Positions 25,188-37,220 of a stretch of DNA of 57,937 nucleotides are shown here, piece after piece (the stretch's first letter is position 1; each line of letters begins with the position of its first letter). The position numbers and the translations under genes are program-made. Below the pieces are notes generated by a model. It was not told where the DNA came from and searched no databases. It was given only the letters and a program-made list of their open reading frames with translations. The stretch comes from Macrostomum lignano. Lineage: Eukaryota. Where the stretch lies: the NCBI GenBank assembly GCA_002269645.1, contig NIVC01004148.1, positions 1 to 57,937 of the forward strand, given 5' to 3'.

Positions 25188-28100
25188 ATTACACTTGTAA
25201 AAGTGCATCAATCCAGCCAGCTGTCTAGCCTAAGATATCAGTATCCTGTTTGAGCCTTGGAATCTCAGCAGGTCCATGCATCTGAGATCCATGGCATCTC
25301 AGAAATGACAGTATATTTAAAATTGAGGTCTGCGTCGACCCCAGAATCCTCATTGGTCTGCTGCAACTCCATTTCAGTACTCCTCGCAGGACACCAGCCC
25401 GTTCGCCAACTATGTGATGCACCCATTCTGGAACTGGCTTGTCAAGGTTTGCACCTGCTGCAGCAGCCCTGCTTCATGCTAAATTTACAGGACACTGGCA
25501 CCAACCCAGTGCGGGAGTGGGACGGCCCCTCAGGCCTGTGACCAGCAAAGGCAGGGTGACCCTCAGGCCTGTGACCAGCAAAGGCTGGGTGAACCTCAGG
25601 CCTGTGACCAGCAAAGGGCGGGTGACCCTCAGGCCTGTGACCAGCAAAGGCAGGGTGACCCTCAGGCCTGTGACCAGCAAAGGCAGGGTGAACCTCAGGC
25701 CTGTGACCAGCAAAGGGCGGGTGACCCTCAGGCCTGTGACCAGCAAAGGCAGGGTGACCCTCAGGCCTGTGACCAGCAAAGGCAGGGTGAACCTCAGGCC
25801 TGTGACCAGCAAAGGGCGGGTGACCCTCAGGCCTGTGACCAGCAAAGGCAGGGTGACCCTCAGGCCTGTGACCAGCAAAGGCAGGGTGACCCTCAGGCCT
25901 GTGACCAGCAAAGGCAGGGTGACCCTCAGGCCTGTGACCAGCAAAGGGCGGGTGACCCTCAGGCCTGTGACCAGCAAGGGCGGGGTGACCCTCAGGCCTG
26001 TGAACACCAAGGGCAGGGTGACCCTCAGGCCTGTGACCACCAAGGGCAGGGTGACCCTCAGGCCTGTGACCACCAAGGGCAGGGTGACCCTCAGGCCTGT
26101 GACCAGCAAAGGGCGGGTGACCCTCAGGCCTGTGACCAGCAAAGGCAGGGTGACCCTCAGGCCTGTGACCAGCAAAGGGCGGGTGACCCTCAGGCCTGTG
26201 ACCAGCAAGGGCGGGGTGACCCTCAGGCCTGTGAACACCAAGGGCAGGGTGACCCTCAGGCCTGTGACCACCAAGGGCAGGGTGACCCTCAGGCCTGTGA
26301 CCACCAAGGGCAGGGTGACCCTCAGGCCTGTGACCAGCAAAGGGCGGGTGACCCTCAGGCCTGTGACCAGCAAGGGCGGGGTGACCCTCAGGCCTGTGAC
26401 CACCAAGGGCAGGGTGACCCTCAGGCCTGTGACCACCAAGGGCAGGGTGACCCTCAGGCCTGTGACCACCAAAGGGCGGGTTGGCCCTCCAAGCTCTGCA
26501 CGGTGGCAGCTCAGCTGCTCACCCGCTCCCACCTGCCCGCAGTTCCTGCCCCGCAAGCTGGCGCCCAACCTGATGACTCTGTCCGGCTTCCTGTGCCTGG
26601 TGCTGAACTGCCTGCTGCTGGCCTACTTCGACCCGGACCTGCGCGCCTCATCAGCCGACTTCCCGGAGTACCCGGCAGTGCCCAGGGCCATGTGGCTTGT
26701 CAGCGCCCTGCTCAACTTCGCCTCGCACACGCTCGGTGAGTCAGGCGCTGCTGCTGCCTCTGCCTTGGCCGGGCACAACCATTTAGTTTCTTTTTGTTTA
26801 TACATACTGGGTTTTTAATACGCCACGATGTAAAAGCATCTGGAAATTAAATACTCCGCCCCTTGGCCTGCAGCCTTGGACCTCCCTTAGACTTCAAATA
26901 GTAAGTGCACCTTGTCCTTTATATTTCTGACTCAAATACATATGGAGTCTCCAATCCTCAGCGCAGACTCGAACCCAGGACCCTCGGAAGAATTTCTAAT
27001 GATTCCCGCATCCAATTCGAAGCAGTGAATCCTGCGAGCTTCAAACCCTGCCAGCAGTGAAATTCAATCTTGCAAGCCCACCCGACACCCCCACAGACGG
27101 CATGGACGGCAAGCAGGCCAGGCGCACCGGCACGAGCTCTCCAGTTGGCGAGATGTTCGACCACGGCCTGGACTCCTGGGCCACCCTGTTCTTCCCCATG
27201 TGCGTCTACTCCGTCTTCGGCAGGGGCGTCTACGGCGGGCACGAAGTGCGGGTGTACTACCTGTACCTGGCCATCATGGGCCAGTTCGTGCTGTCCCACT
27301 GGGAGAAGTACGTCACTGGCATGTTCTTCCTGCCCTGGGCCTACGACCTCAGCCAGGTGAGCCTCGTGTCCGTGTACGCCTTCACCTTCGCCGTGGGCGA
27401 CAGCTTCTGGCAGACTTTTGCCTTTGGCACCTGGACCTACACTGATCTGGTCATCCTCAGCTGCTACAGTGAGTCATGGGTGTCGTTGCATTGGTCATCG
27501 GGTGGGCTGGCACAGTCAGAGTGGGCTGGCACAGTCAGAGTGGGCTGGCACAGTCAGAGTGGGCTGGCACAGTCAGGGTGGGCTGGCACAGTCAGAGTGG
27601 GCTGGCACAGTCAGAGTGGGCTGGCACAGTCAGAGTGGGCTGGCACAGTCAGGGTGGGCTGGCACAGTCAGGGTGGGCTGGCACAGTCAGGGTGGGCTGG
27701 CACAGTCAGGGTGGGCTGGCACAGTCAGGGTGGGCTGGCACAGTCAGGGTGGGCTGGCACAGTCAGGGTGGGCTGGCACAGTCAGGGTGGGCTGGTACAG
27801 TCAGGGTGGGCTGCTGCTGCATTGGCCCTAGAATGGGGTGCCGCTGCATCGGTCGCGGCTTCCTGTTACCGCAAGCTTGAACTCGATGCCGACTCCCCGG
27901 TCCCGCAGTCGGCTTCTGGATCCTGTGCGTGCCGCTGACGCTTTACAACGTGTACTCCGCCTACGCCAACAAGACCGGCCGCCACAATACCCTGTCAGCC
28001 GCCATGACGCCGCTGCTGTCTCCGGCCATCCTGCTGGTTTTCTCGGCGTTGTGGGTTCACTTCTCGCCTAACCAGATCATCTTTCACTACCCGAGGCTCT

Positions 28101-31100
28101 TCTATGCTGCCTTTGGCACCGTCTTCAGCAACATTACTGTGAGCTGCGATTACCTGACTGTTGGCTGGGGTGCTCAGGGTGAAGCCTTGATGCTCACAGT
28201 AATGCTGGTATGTTGAGTGATGCTTGTGTACTCCGAGTGATGCTTGTGTACACAGAGTAATGCTTGTGTACTCAGAGTAATGCTTGTGTACTCAGAGTAA
28301 TGCTTGTGTACACAGAGTGATGTTTGGATACTCCTAGTGATGCTTGTGTACACAGAGTGATGTTTGGGTACTCAGAGTGATGCTTGTGTACACAGAGTGA
28401 TGTTTGGATACTCCTAGTGATGCTTGTGTACACAGAGTGATGTTTGGGTACTCAGAGTGATGCTTGTGTACACAGAGTGATGTTTGGATACTCAGAGTGA
28501 TGCTTGTGTACACAGAGTGATGTTTGGGTACTCAGAGTGATGCTTGTGTACTCAGAGTGATGCTTGGATACTCCTAGTGATGCTTGTGTACACAGAGTGA
28601 TGCTTGGATACTCAGAGTGATGCTTGGGTACTCAGAGTGATGTTTGGGTACTCAGAGTGATGCTTGTGTACACAGAGTGATGTTTGGGTACTCAGAGTGA
28701 TGCTTGGGTACACAGAGTGATGTTTGGGTACTCAGAGTGATGCTTGTGTACACAGAGTGATGTTTGGATACTCCTAGTGATGCTTGTGTACTCAGAGTAA
28801 TGCTTGTGTACTCAGAGTAATGCTTGTGTACACAGAGTGATGTTTGGATACTCCTAGTGATGCTTGTGTACACAGAGTGATGTTTGGGTACTCAGAGTGA
28901 TGCTTGTGTACACAGAGTGATGTTTGGATACTCCTAGTGATGCTTGTGTACACAGAGTGATGTTTGGGTACTCAGAGTGATGCTTGTGTACACAGAGTGA
29001 TGTTTGGATACTCAGAGTGATGCTTGTGTACACAGAGTGATGTTTGGGTACTCAGAGTGATGCTTGTGTACTCAGAGTGATGCTTGGATACTCCTAGTGA
29101 TGCTTGTGTACACAGAGTGATGCTTGGATACTCAGAGTGATGCTTGGGTACTCAGAGTGATGTTTGGGTACTCAGAGTGATGCTTGTGTACACAGAGTGA
29201 TGTTTGGGTACTCAGAGTGATGCTTGGGTACACAGAGTGATGTTTGGGTACTCAGAGTGATGCTTGTGTACACAGAGTGATGTTTGGATACTCCTAGTGA
29301 TGCTTGTGTACTCAGAGTAATGCTTGTGTACTCAGAGTAATGCTTGTGTACACAGAGTGATGTTTGGATACTCCTAGTGATGCTTGTGTACACAGAGTGA
29401 TGTTTGGGTACTCAGAGTGATGCTTGTGTACACAGAGTGATGTTTGGATACTCAGAGTGATGCTTGTGTACACAGAGTGATGTTTGGGTACTCAGAGTGA
29501 TGCTTGTGTACTCAGAGTGATGCTTGGATACTCCTAGTGATGCTTGTGTACACAGAGTGATGCTTGGATACTCAGAGTGATGCTTGGGTACTCAGAGTGA
29601 TGTTTGGGTACTCAGAGTGATGCTTGTGTACACAGAGTGATGTTTGGGTACTCAGAGTGATGCTTGGGTACACAGAGTGATGTTTGGGTACTCAGAGTGA
29701 TGCTTGTGTACACAGAGTGATGTTTGGATACTCAGAGTGATGCTTGTGTACACAGAGTGATGTTTGGGTACTCCTACCGGGTGTCCGGATTGAACGGAAA
29801 CGCTGCTGATTTTTTGAATATTTTTTGCAATTTCTCAGCAAGACAAGCAGCTGTACCATTTATTTTTGACAACAGTAAACAGGAAGGTGTCAGCATTGTT
29901 CTCATTCAAAATGGCCGCCATTGGCCGCGATCACGCGCTCCAGCCTCTTCCTGAACTGCTGGCACACCTTCCTCACATAGTTGGTGTCCATTCTCTCCCA
30001 CGCCAGCCGAACAGCAGCCTGCAGCGCTTCCACACTGCTGTGGCAGGATCTGCAGGCCTCGCTCTCCACACGCTGCCAGATTGAGAAGTCCAGCGGATTC
30101 AGGTCCGGACTGGAGGGCGGCCACATCGTCTTCGGCCAGAAGTTCGCCATGTTGTCTGCCAAGAACTGCTGGGTTGTGGCCGCTGTGTGAGCCGGAGCAC
30201 CGTCCTGCTGCCACACGTACTGTCCGTCAGGGTACTGCTGATGCAGCCAAGGCAGCACGTGCTGCTGCAGCAGCTGCTGGTAGCATGCAGCATTCACTTT
30301 GGTGCCTGGGTTGATGAAAATGGGGGGACACCTCCGTCCATCACTCGCAACGACGCCCAGCATCATGATGGAGGCCGGGTGCTTAGACTTCATACTGTAC
30401 TTCACGTGGGCAGGTGTGTCCGCGCTGCTGGCGGCGCTGATGTAGCGAGTGTTGCGCCTGTTCACGGCTTGGTCACAGGTGAACAGTTTCTCGTCGCTGA
30501 ACACGCGCACCAGCGAGCCGTGGTTCTTCACCCACGTGAGCAACTGCCTGCAACGCTTGAGACGCGATACCTTCTGCTTCGAAGTGATGAGGTTCTTCGG
30601 CACCACCACCCTGGACACCATGCCGAGGTCTTCTTTGACGAGCTCCGACATTGTCGTCTTGCTCATGTCGTGCTCACGTGCCAGTCGGCGAATCGACCTT
30701 CGGGGATTTCGGTTGACCTTCGCCCGGACGGCTGCGACGGTCTTCTTCGTCCTTTTTGTCCTCGGACGACCACCCCCATGTCTTTTGGTGACATCTCCTG
30801 TGTCGTTCAGCAGCTTCCTCACAGTGAAAATCCTCTTTCTGCTCACATTGAGCACTTCTCTGATGTCGCTAGTTGACTTTCCAGCGCAAAGTAATTCAGC
30901 GATTGCTCGTCTTTGAGCCTCGTGCTCAGCCATGGTTAGGAATAAAGCAGCAAGAGTGGATGTATTAAATTCTGTGATTTCTGCTGGTTCTGACACCCAT
31001 GCAAAATTTTGAATTTTGCGAAAGATTACGTAATTAACGACGTTTTAAGCAGCGTTTCCGTTCAATCCGGACACCCGGTAGTGATGCTTGTGTACTCAGA

Positions 31101-32313
31101 GTGATGCTTGTGTACTCAGAGTGATGCTTGGATACTCCTAGTGATGTTTGTGTACACAGAGTGATGCTTGGATACTCAGAGTGATGCTTGGGTACTCCGA
31201 GTGATGCTTGTGTACTCAGAGTAATGCTTGTGTACTCGGAGTGATGCTTGTGTACTCGGAGTGATGTTTGGGTACTCGGAGTGATGCTTGGGTACTCCGA
31301 GTGATGCTTGTGTACTCGGAGTGATGTTTGGGTACTCCGAGTGATGCTTGTGTACACAGAGTGATGCTTGTGTACACAGAGTGATGCTTGGATACTCAGA
31401 GTGATGCTTGGGTACTCAAAATGATGCTTGGGTACTCACGTTGAGTCGTTGACGCTGGAGTGCTCAAGTACTTTTGCACGGGTAATGCAGATGTACTGAC
31501 GCGAATACTGTGTGCCAGCACAGAGTGCTGCTTCGCTGACACTGAAGTGCTCACGGCCTAATTTCACAGCTTCGTTTTATGCAAAGCACTGAGTCTCTTA
31601 CTAGTGTGCTCGAGCCCACAACTCCGCTTGCAGTGCCGGCTGATCGTGAGCCAGATGAGCAGCACCAAGTGCCAGGCCTTCAACCTGCTCACCGCTATCT
31701 ACTCTGCCGTTTCCCTGGCCGTCTTCTTGCTGAGCCCGACGTTCCAGCAGGAGCTGGCGGTGCTGATCGGCTTGCTGGCTGTGTGCGTTCTGCTGCATGT
31801 GCACTACGGCTGCAATGTGGTGAGTGCTGTGTCTGCCTGTGCCTGTTTATCTCTCTGCTTGTGTCTGCCTGTGCCTGTTTATCTCTCTGCTTGTGTCTGC
31901 CTGTGCCTGTTTATCTCTCTGCTTGTGTCTGCCTGTGCCTGTTTATCTCTCTGCTTGTGTCTGCCTGTGCCTCTGTCTGTGTCTGCCTTTGCGTCTGCCT
32001 CTGCTTGTGCCTGCCTTTGTCTCTGCTTGTGCCTTCCTTTGCCTCCGTCTATGTCTGCCTTTCTCTGCCTGTGTCTCCCTTAGCCTTTGTGTCTGTCTGT
32101 GTCTGCCTATATCTCCCTCTGCCTCTTCGTGTGTCTTTCTGAATCTGCTTCTGCCTCCCTCTGCCTCTGTGTCTGCACGCGTCTGCCTGTCTGCGTACTC
32201 CTGTATCCATCTACCGACCTACCCGCCCGGCCGGCCCGCAGGTGAACCAGATGCTGGACCACTTCAAGCTGCGCGCATTCGTCATCGAGTCGCCGCAGAA
32301 GAAGTCCAAGTAA
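16629..32313 (+). CDS. EPT1: Ethanolamine phosphotransferase EPT1/SELENOI-like, 394 aa. Exons 16629-16691, 25378-25446, 26543-26735, 27097-27468, 27909-28138, 31634-31819, 32242-32313
   Basis: Spliced in phase: MGIFCYYYLPDNVIRGFDSYK|YSSQDTSPFANYVMHPFWNWLVK|FLPRKLAPNLMT. Contains the CDP-alcohol phosphotransferase motif DGMDGKQARRTGTSSPVGEMFDHGLD. Ends VIESPQKKSK-TAA. Confidence 0.92.
16851..17049. mobile_element. hAT-like MITE, 199 bp, in EPT1 intron 1
   Basis: Exact 8-bp TSD GTGTAGAG at 16843-16850 and 17050-17057. Short TIR CAGGCGC/GCGCCTG. Confidence 0.8.
19991..20262. mobile_element. ~275-bp MITE, copy A
   Basis: Ends cat|acatgcacaac ... gttgcacatgt|atg. Visibly homologous (roughly 80% by eye) to the reverse complement of 21606-21896. 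Confidence 0.65.
21399..22375 (-). mobile_element. Internally deleted, decayed Tc1-like element
   Basis: TA-flanked ~30-bp TIRs (CACTCAGCAACATTGAAAAGTTTCTACCCT). The minus strand gives broken Tc1 N-terminal peptides AIGMLDTGMSIQAVAHQIG, LLRMVKGSPT and ILSAQTIQQQLQESRL. No DDE domain was seen. Confidence 0.75.
21606..21896. mobile_element. ~290-bp MITE, copy B, inserted in the Tc1 relic
   Basis: Ends cat|acatgtgtaa ... ttgcacatgt|atg. It interrupts the Tc1 reading frame and is inverted relative to copy A. Confidence 0.7.
24691..25060 (+). mobile_element. tRNA-derived SINE-like element
   Basis: A-box TAGCCCAGCGG (~24699) and B-box-like GGCTCGATTCC (24740-24750), with no complementary acceptor stem. 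A ~300-bp body ends in an A-rich tail. Confidence 0.6.
25144..25186. repeat. (ATT)n microsatellite, ~14 units
   Basis: Visible directly. Confidence 0.95.
25527..26477. repeat. 33-bp minisatellite (ccctcaggcctgtgaccagcaaaggcagggtga), ~29 copies, EPT1 intron 2
   Basis: Visible directly. It produces the spurious ORFs 25439(+) and 26568(-). Confidence 0.95.
27502..27810. repeat. 20-bp minisatellite (gtgggctggcacagtcagag), EPT1 intron 4
   Basis: Visible directly. Confidence 0.95.
29777..31078 (-). mobile_element. Tc1/mariner DD37D (maT) element, copy 2, 1302 bp
   Basis: Same 31-bp TIRs. TA TSD at 29775-29776 and 31079-31080. Offset exactly 19519 bp from copy 1. Confidence 0.96.
29902..30933 (-). 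CDS. DD37D (maT) transposase, identical protein to copy 1
   Basis: The ORF track translation is identical to 10383-11477. Confidence 0.95.
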   Translation of the reverse strand: MAEHEAQRRAIAELLCAGKSTSDIREVLNVSRKRIFTVRKLLNDTGDVTKRHGGGRPRTKRTKKTVAAVRAKVNRNPRRSIRRLAREHDMSKTTMSELVKEDLGMVSRVVVPKNLITSKQKVSRLKRCRQLLTWVKNHGSLVRVFSDEKLFTCDQAVNRRNTRYISAASSADTPAHVKYSMKSKHPASIMMLGVVASDGRRCPPIFINPGTKVNAACYQQLLQQHVLPWLHQQYPDGQYVWQQDGAPAHTAATTQQFLADNMANFWPKTMWPPSSPDLNPLDFSIWQRVESEACRSCHSSVEALQAAVRLAWERMDTNYVRKVCQQFRKRLERVIAANGGHFE

Positions 32314-32899
32314 TTCGGGCAGCGGAGCTCCGAGCTCTGGCCGTAGCCGACAGTTTTTATTTCAATTTTAAACGCCGCACGCCAACTTTGCTACTCGCCA
32401 GCGCGGCAGTAGAGCAGCGCAAATTTTTAGCTTATTTTAGCATACATACACAGTTTGGCGTCACAGTTCGCTCGGGTGTTCGCCGACGCTTTGATTTCTT
32501 AGCTATTAGTAATTATCTGCGATACTCTTCCAAACTGCCCGAATTTAACACTCGTTCGCGGCTCCTCTCGAATTCGGCTTTTCTGTGTCATTTTGGAGTT
32601 CTGATTTTGCAGGCCCCGCGCCCGCCCGCCCCGATCTCCTAGTCAGACCCGTGCAATGCCTCCGCCTTCTGCTTTCTGCCACCCACAGGAAATCACAAGA
32701 GGCCTTTCGGCTTGATTCATCATTTTTGTCATCCCCAAATAGGGCAAGTTTTTTGTTCTTTTTCCGCGCAATTTTTGTCTCCACACGGAGTCTCCTGCTT
32801 TGGAATTGCTTCAGCAAATATAGAGGTGGCTGCTGGGTGACCGTCTGATCCGCTTATTACTGACACCGCTCTCATGTCTCTTTATTTGGGGCACCGTCC

Positions 32900-33024
32900 G
32901 TCTGTCTGTTTGTCTGTCTGTATGTCTTTCCGTCTGTCTGTCTGTCTGTCTTTCCGTCTGTCTGTCTGTTTGTCTGTCTGTCTGTTTGTCTGTCTGCCTG
33001 TGTCTGTCTGTCTTTCTGTCTGTT

Positions 33025-33079
<55 letters not shown>

Positions 33080-33149
33080 GTCTGTGTTTTTTGTCTGTCT
33101 ATCTGTATGTTTGTCTATCTGTCTGTCTGTCTGTCTGTGTGTGTGTGTC

Positions 33150-33209
<60 letters not shown>

Positions 33210-33210
33210 C
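32900..33210. repeat. (GTCT)n-type microsatellite upstream of TM9SF1, probably in a 5' intron or outron
   Basis: Visible directly. It ends at an acceptor-like ctgtttcccag (~33219). Confidence 0.9.
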
Positions 33211-33289
33211 CTGTTTCCCAGCTGTCCGCAGTGCTGTCAAAGTCCGCACCGCGCCTGGAATTGCTGCGCCCTCGCTCCTTCAGGCCGCA

Positions 33290-36261
33290 ATGACCCAGGT
33301 CGCGATGAAGCCGTTCCACAGCCTCCTACTGCTGTGCTGCGCCGCGGCGCTGCTCCGCGCGGCCGGCGGCGCCGAGCTGTACAAGCAGGGCGGCCCGGTG
33401 CAGGTGTACGTGAACAAGGTCGGCCCGTACTTCAACCCGCACGAGACCTACCACTACTACCAGCTGCCCGTGTGCCGGCCGGCCACCATTGTGCACAAGT
33501 CAATGAGCCTCGGCGAGCTGCTGGACGGAGACCGCATGGCGCAGTCCATGTTCGACATCCGGTTCGGCCAGGACGCCGCCGACAAGGTGCTGTGCAGCAA
33601 GCAGCTGTCTGCGGCGGACCTGGAGCAGCTGCGCACGGCCGTGGAGGACCTGTACTACTTCGAGTTCGTGGTGGACGACATTCCTGTGCGCGGCTTCGTT
33701 GGCCACCTGGAGGAGACGGGCTTCGTGCCGCACTCGCACAAGGTGTTCCTGTGGACGCACTTCTCGTTCAGGTTCTACTTCAGCGGCCAGCGCATCGTCT
33801 TCGTCAAGGTGGTCACGCAGGAGAAGGCGCCCGTGGACCTCGCCAAGCTGCAGCCGGGCAGTCAGGTCGCCTTCACCTACTCGGTGGCCTGGGTCAAGTC
33901 TGACGTCAAGTTCGAGGACCGGGCCAAGCTCATCAAGGACACGTCCTTCTTCCCCAAGACCCTGGAGATCCACTGGCTGTCGGTGATCAACTCGCTGATC
34001 CTCGTGCTGCTCCTCATCGGCTTTGTCACCGTGATCCTGTTCCGCATTCTCAAGAAAGACTTCGCCAGGTGCGGCTTGCAGCGCTTCTTTGCCCTGCCGA
34101 CCCTTCCCTGCCAACCTTTCCCTGCCGACCTTTCCCTGCCGACCTTTCCCTGCCGACCTTTCCCTGCCGATCATTGCCCGCCAATTACTTTTTTGACTTG
34201 AAACAAGAATACGTCAAGTTAAAGAGTAGAAAACACAGTTGCATAGTACAAAACACAGTTGGTTCCGCTTCATACCACCAAGCGCCTGTATCTCGAATGT
34301 TAAAACTTAAACAGTGGCGAATCCAGGACCTGATCCTTGGGTCCGCTGGCACCACTGACCCACTTGGACCCTCCGCTGCTCACACATTTGAAGGAAGACA
34401 AGGGGAGTGGGCATTCCACCCGGGCATGCCAGAGTGCACCAGCCAGACTGCTGTAAAAGTTTGGTCTGCCTTAGCAGCGTGAGCATACTGGTGACTTGAG
34501 TAAGGAGCAGGTGTTCTGCTTCCTTGGGGTCATGACCCCTAGTGTTTCTCCAGCTGCATCAGCTGAGCTGCATCCGCACTGGCAAAGCACGCAGTGAACG
34601 AACCGGTCGCCACCACCCTCAGGTACAACCTGGAGGACGAGGAGGCGGACGAAGACTCGGACAACGGCTGGAAGACGGTGCACAACGATGTGTTCAGGCC
34701 GCCCAAGCACAAGTGCTTCTTCTCCGCCACCATCGGGGTGGGCGCGCAGTTTCTGGCCATCATCACCGGCCTGTTCGTCATGGCGCTGCTCGGCCTGTTC
34801 AATGTACACCACCACGGCAACATCAACTCCGCCGGCATCGTGCTGTACGCCTTCACCTCTGGCATCGCCGGCTTCGTGTCCTGTCGAATGTTCCGCCGGC
34901 TGGGCGGCGAGCGCTGGGCCCGCAACGTGCTGCTGACCTCCTTCCTGTTCGCCTTCCCGCTGTTCATGGTGTGGGCCGTGGTGAACTCGGTGGCCTGGGC
35001 CTACGGCACCACCCAGGCGCTGCCCTGGTCCACCGTGCTGCTGCTGCTGTGCCTGTGGCTGTTCCTCGGCTTCCCGCTCACCATCCTGGGCGGCATGGCC
35101 GGCAAGAACGCGCCGCCCGGCCTGGACGCTCCCTGTCGCACAAAGAACATCCCCAGGGAGATCCCCGCCGTGCCCTGCTACAAGACCTGGCCCGTGCACT
35201 GCCTCATCGGCGGCTTCCTCAGCTTCAGCGCCGTGTCGGTGAGTGGCTGCGACAGATTCTCACTGCTGTGACCTCAGATTCTCACTGCTGTGACCTCAGA
35301 TTCTCACTGCTGTGACCTCAGATTCTCACTGCTGTGACCTCAGATTCTCACTGCTGTGACCTCAGATTGTCACTGCTGTGACCTCAGATTGTCACTGCTG
35401 TGACCTCAGATTGTCACTGCTGTGACCTCAGATTCTCACTGCTGTGACCTCAGATTCTCACTGCTGTGACCTCAGATTGTCACTGCTGTGACCTCAGATT
35501 CTCACTGCTGTGACCTCAGATTCTCACTGCTGTGACCTCAGATTCTCACTGCTGTGACCTCAGATTGTCACTGCTGTGACCTCAGATTCTCACTGCTGTG
35601 ACCTCAGATTCTCACTGCTGTGACCTCAGATTGTCACTGCTGTGACCTCAGATTGTCACTGCTGTGACCTCAGATTGTCACTGCTGTGACCTCAGATTGT
35701 CACTGCTGTGACCTCAGATTCTCACTGCTGTGACCTCAGATTCTCACTGCTGTGACCTCAAATTGCCAGCCCAGTGGGGGATGTGTGAAACCAATGCCGT
35801 ATCGCAGCTGAATGCCATGATTGGCCAGATGCAAGAGGCAGCCAAGGCGCACTCAGCATTGCTAGCCCCGCCCGCAGGTGGAGCTGTACTACATCTACGC
35901 CACAGTGTGGGGCCGGCAGCACTACACCCTGTACGGCATCCTGGCCGTGGTGTACATCATCCTGCTGTCCGTGACGGCCTGCGTGGCGGTGGCGCTGACC
36001 TACTTCCAGCTGTCCGCCGAGGACTACCGCTGGTGGTGGCGCTCCGTGTTCAGCGGCGGCTCCAGCGCCTTCTTCGTGCTGCTGTACTCGGCCTTCTTCT
36101 TCTACTTTCGCAGCAACATGAGCGGCCTGCTGCAGGCGGTGGAGTTCTTCGGCTACTCCATCCTGCTGTGCTACGTGTTCTTCCTCACGCTCGGCACCGT
36201 GTCCTTCGCTGCCTCCATGCAGTTCGTGCGCTACATCTACACCAACATCAAGATGGACTGA
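33290..36261 (+). CDS. TM9SF1: Transmembrane 9 superfamily member 1, 592 aa. Exons 33290-34068, 34623-35238, 35878-36261
   Basis: Signal peptide, [56 protein letters not shown], and C-terminal IYTNIKMD. Exons are in phase. Confidence 0.95.
35252..35760. repeat. 22-bp minisatellite (cagattctcactgctgtgacct), TM9SF1 intron 2
   Basis: Visible directly, ~23 copies. Confidence 0.95.
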
Positions 36262-36439
36262 GGGCTCGCCTGCCGGGGCTGCTGCGAACTCGCTGAGAAA
36301 CTCATCACTGCCCCTGCCGTGCCAACTCTGCCCCATCCTGTGTACATTGCATATCCTGCCTCACATTAGCTGGTGGAGACCTTTTGAGTTTTATTGTCTG
36401 TTTTATTCTCTTCCTCTGTCACCTGGCAGCCAGTAGCTG

Positions 36440-37220
36440 TCAGGTCTGCTGTCAGTGTCAGGCACTAGCTGTCAGGTCTGCTGTCAGGTCTGCTGTCAGG
36501 TCTGCTGTCAGGTCTGCTGTCAGGTCTGCTGTCAGTGTCAGGCACTGGCTGTCAGGTCTGCTGTCAGGTCTGCTGTCAGGTCTGCTGTCAGGTCTGCTGT
36601 CAGGTCTGCTGTCAGTGTTAGGCACTAGCTGTCAGGTCTGCTGTCAGTGTTAGGCACTAGCTGTCAGGTCTGCTGTCAGTGTCAGGCACTAGCTGTCAGG
36701 TCTGCTGTCAGGTCTGCTGTCAGGTCTGCTGTCAGGTCTGCTGTCAGGTCTGCTGTCAGGTCTGCTGTCAGTGTTAGGCACTAGCTGTCAGGTCTGCTGT
36801 CAGTGTTAGGCACTAGCTGTCAGGTCTGCTGTCAGTGTCAGGCACTAGCTGTCAGGTCTGCTGTCAGGTCTGCTGTCAGGTCTGCTGTCAGGTCTGCTGT
36901 CAGTGTTAGGCACTAGCTGTCAGGTCTGCTGTCAGTGTTAGGCACTAGCTGTCAGGTCTGCTGTCAGTGTCAGGCACTAGCTGTCAGGTCTGCTGTCAGG
37001 TCTGCTGTCAGGTCTGCTGTCAGGTCTGCTGTCAGTGTTAGGCACTAGCTGTCAGGTCTGCTGTCAGTGTCAGGCACTAGCTGTCAGGTCTGCTGTCATG
37101 TCTGCTGTCAGTGTCAGGCACTAGCTGTCAGGTCTGCTGTCAGTGTCAGGCACTAGCTGTCAGGTCTGCTGTCAGTGTCAGGCACTAGCTGTCAGGTCTG
37201 CTGTCAGTGTCAGGCACTGA
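36440..37220. repeat. 12-bp-based tandem array (ctgtcaggtctg with gtcagtgtcaggcactag variants) 3' of TM9SF1
   Basis: Visible directly. Confidence 0.9.

Larger units (their letters stand above)
28215..31440. repeat. 20-bp minisatellite (gtgatgcttgtgtactcaga and variants), EPT1 intron 5, split by maT copy 2
   Basis: Array at 28215-29774 and 31081-31440. The unit ctccTAgtga is interrupted at its TA. Confidence 0.95.

Noticed and set aside
25439-26818. 459-aa RVTLRPVTSKG repeat protein
   Set aside because: It is a 33-bp intronic minisatellite between two in-phase EPT1 exons.
32242-32313. Selenocysteine read-through as in vertebrate SELENOI
   Set aside because: The ORF ends at TAA after SPQKKSK with no in-frame TGA, and no SECIS was recognised.
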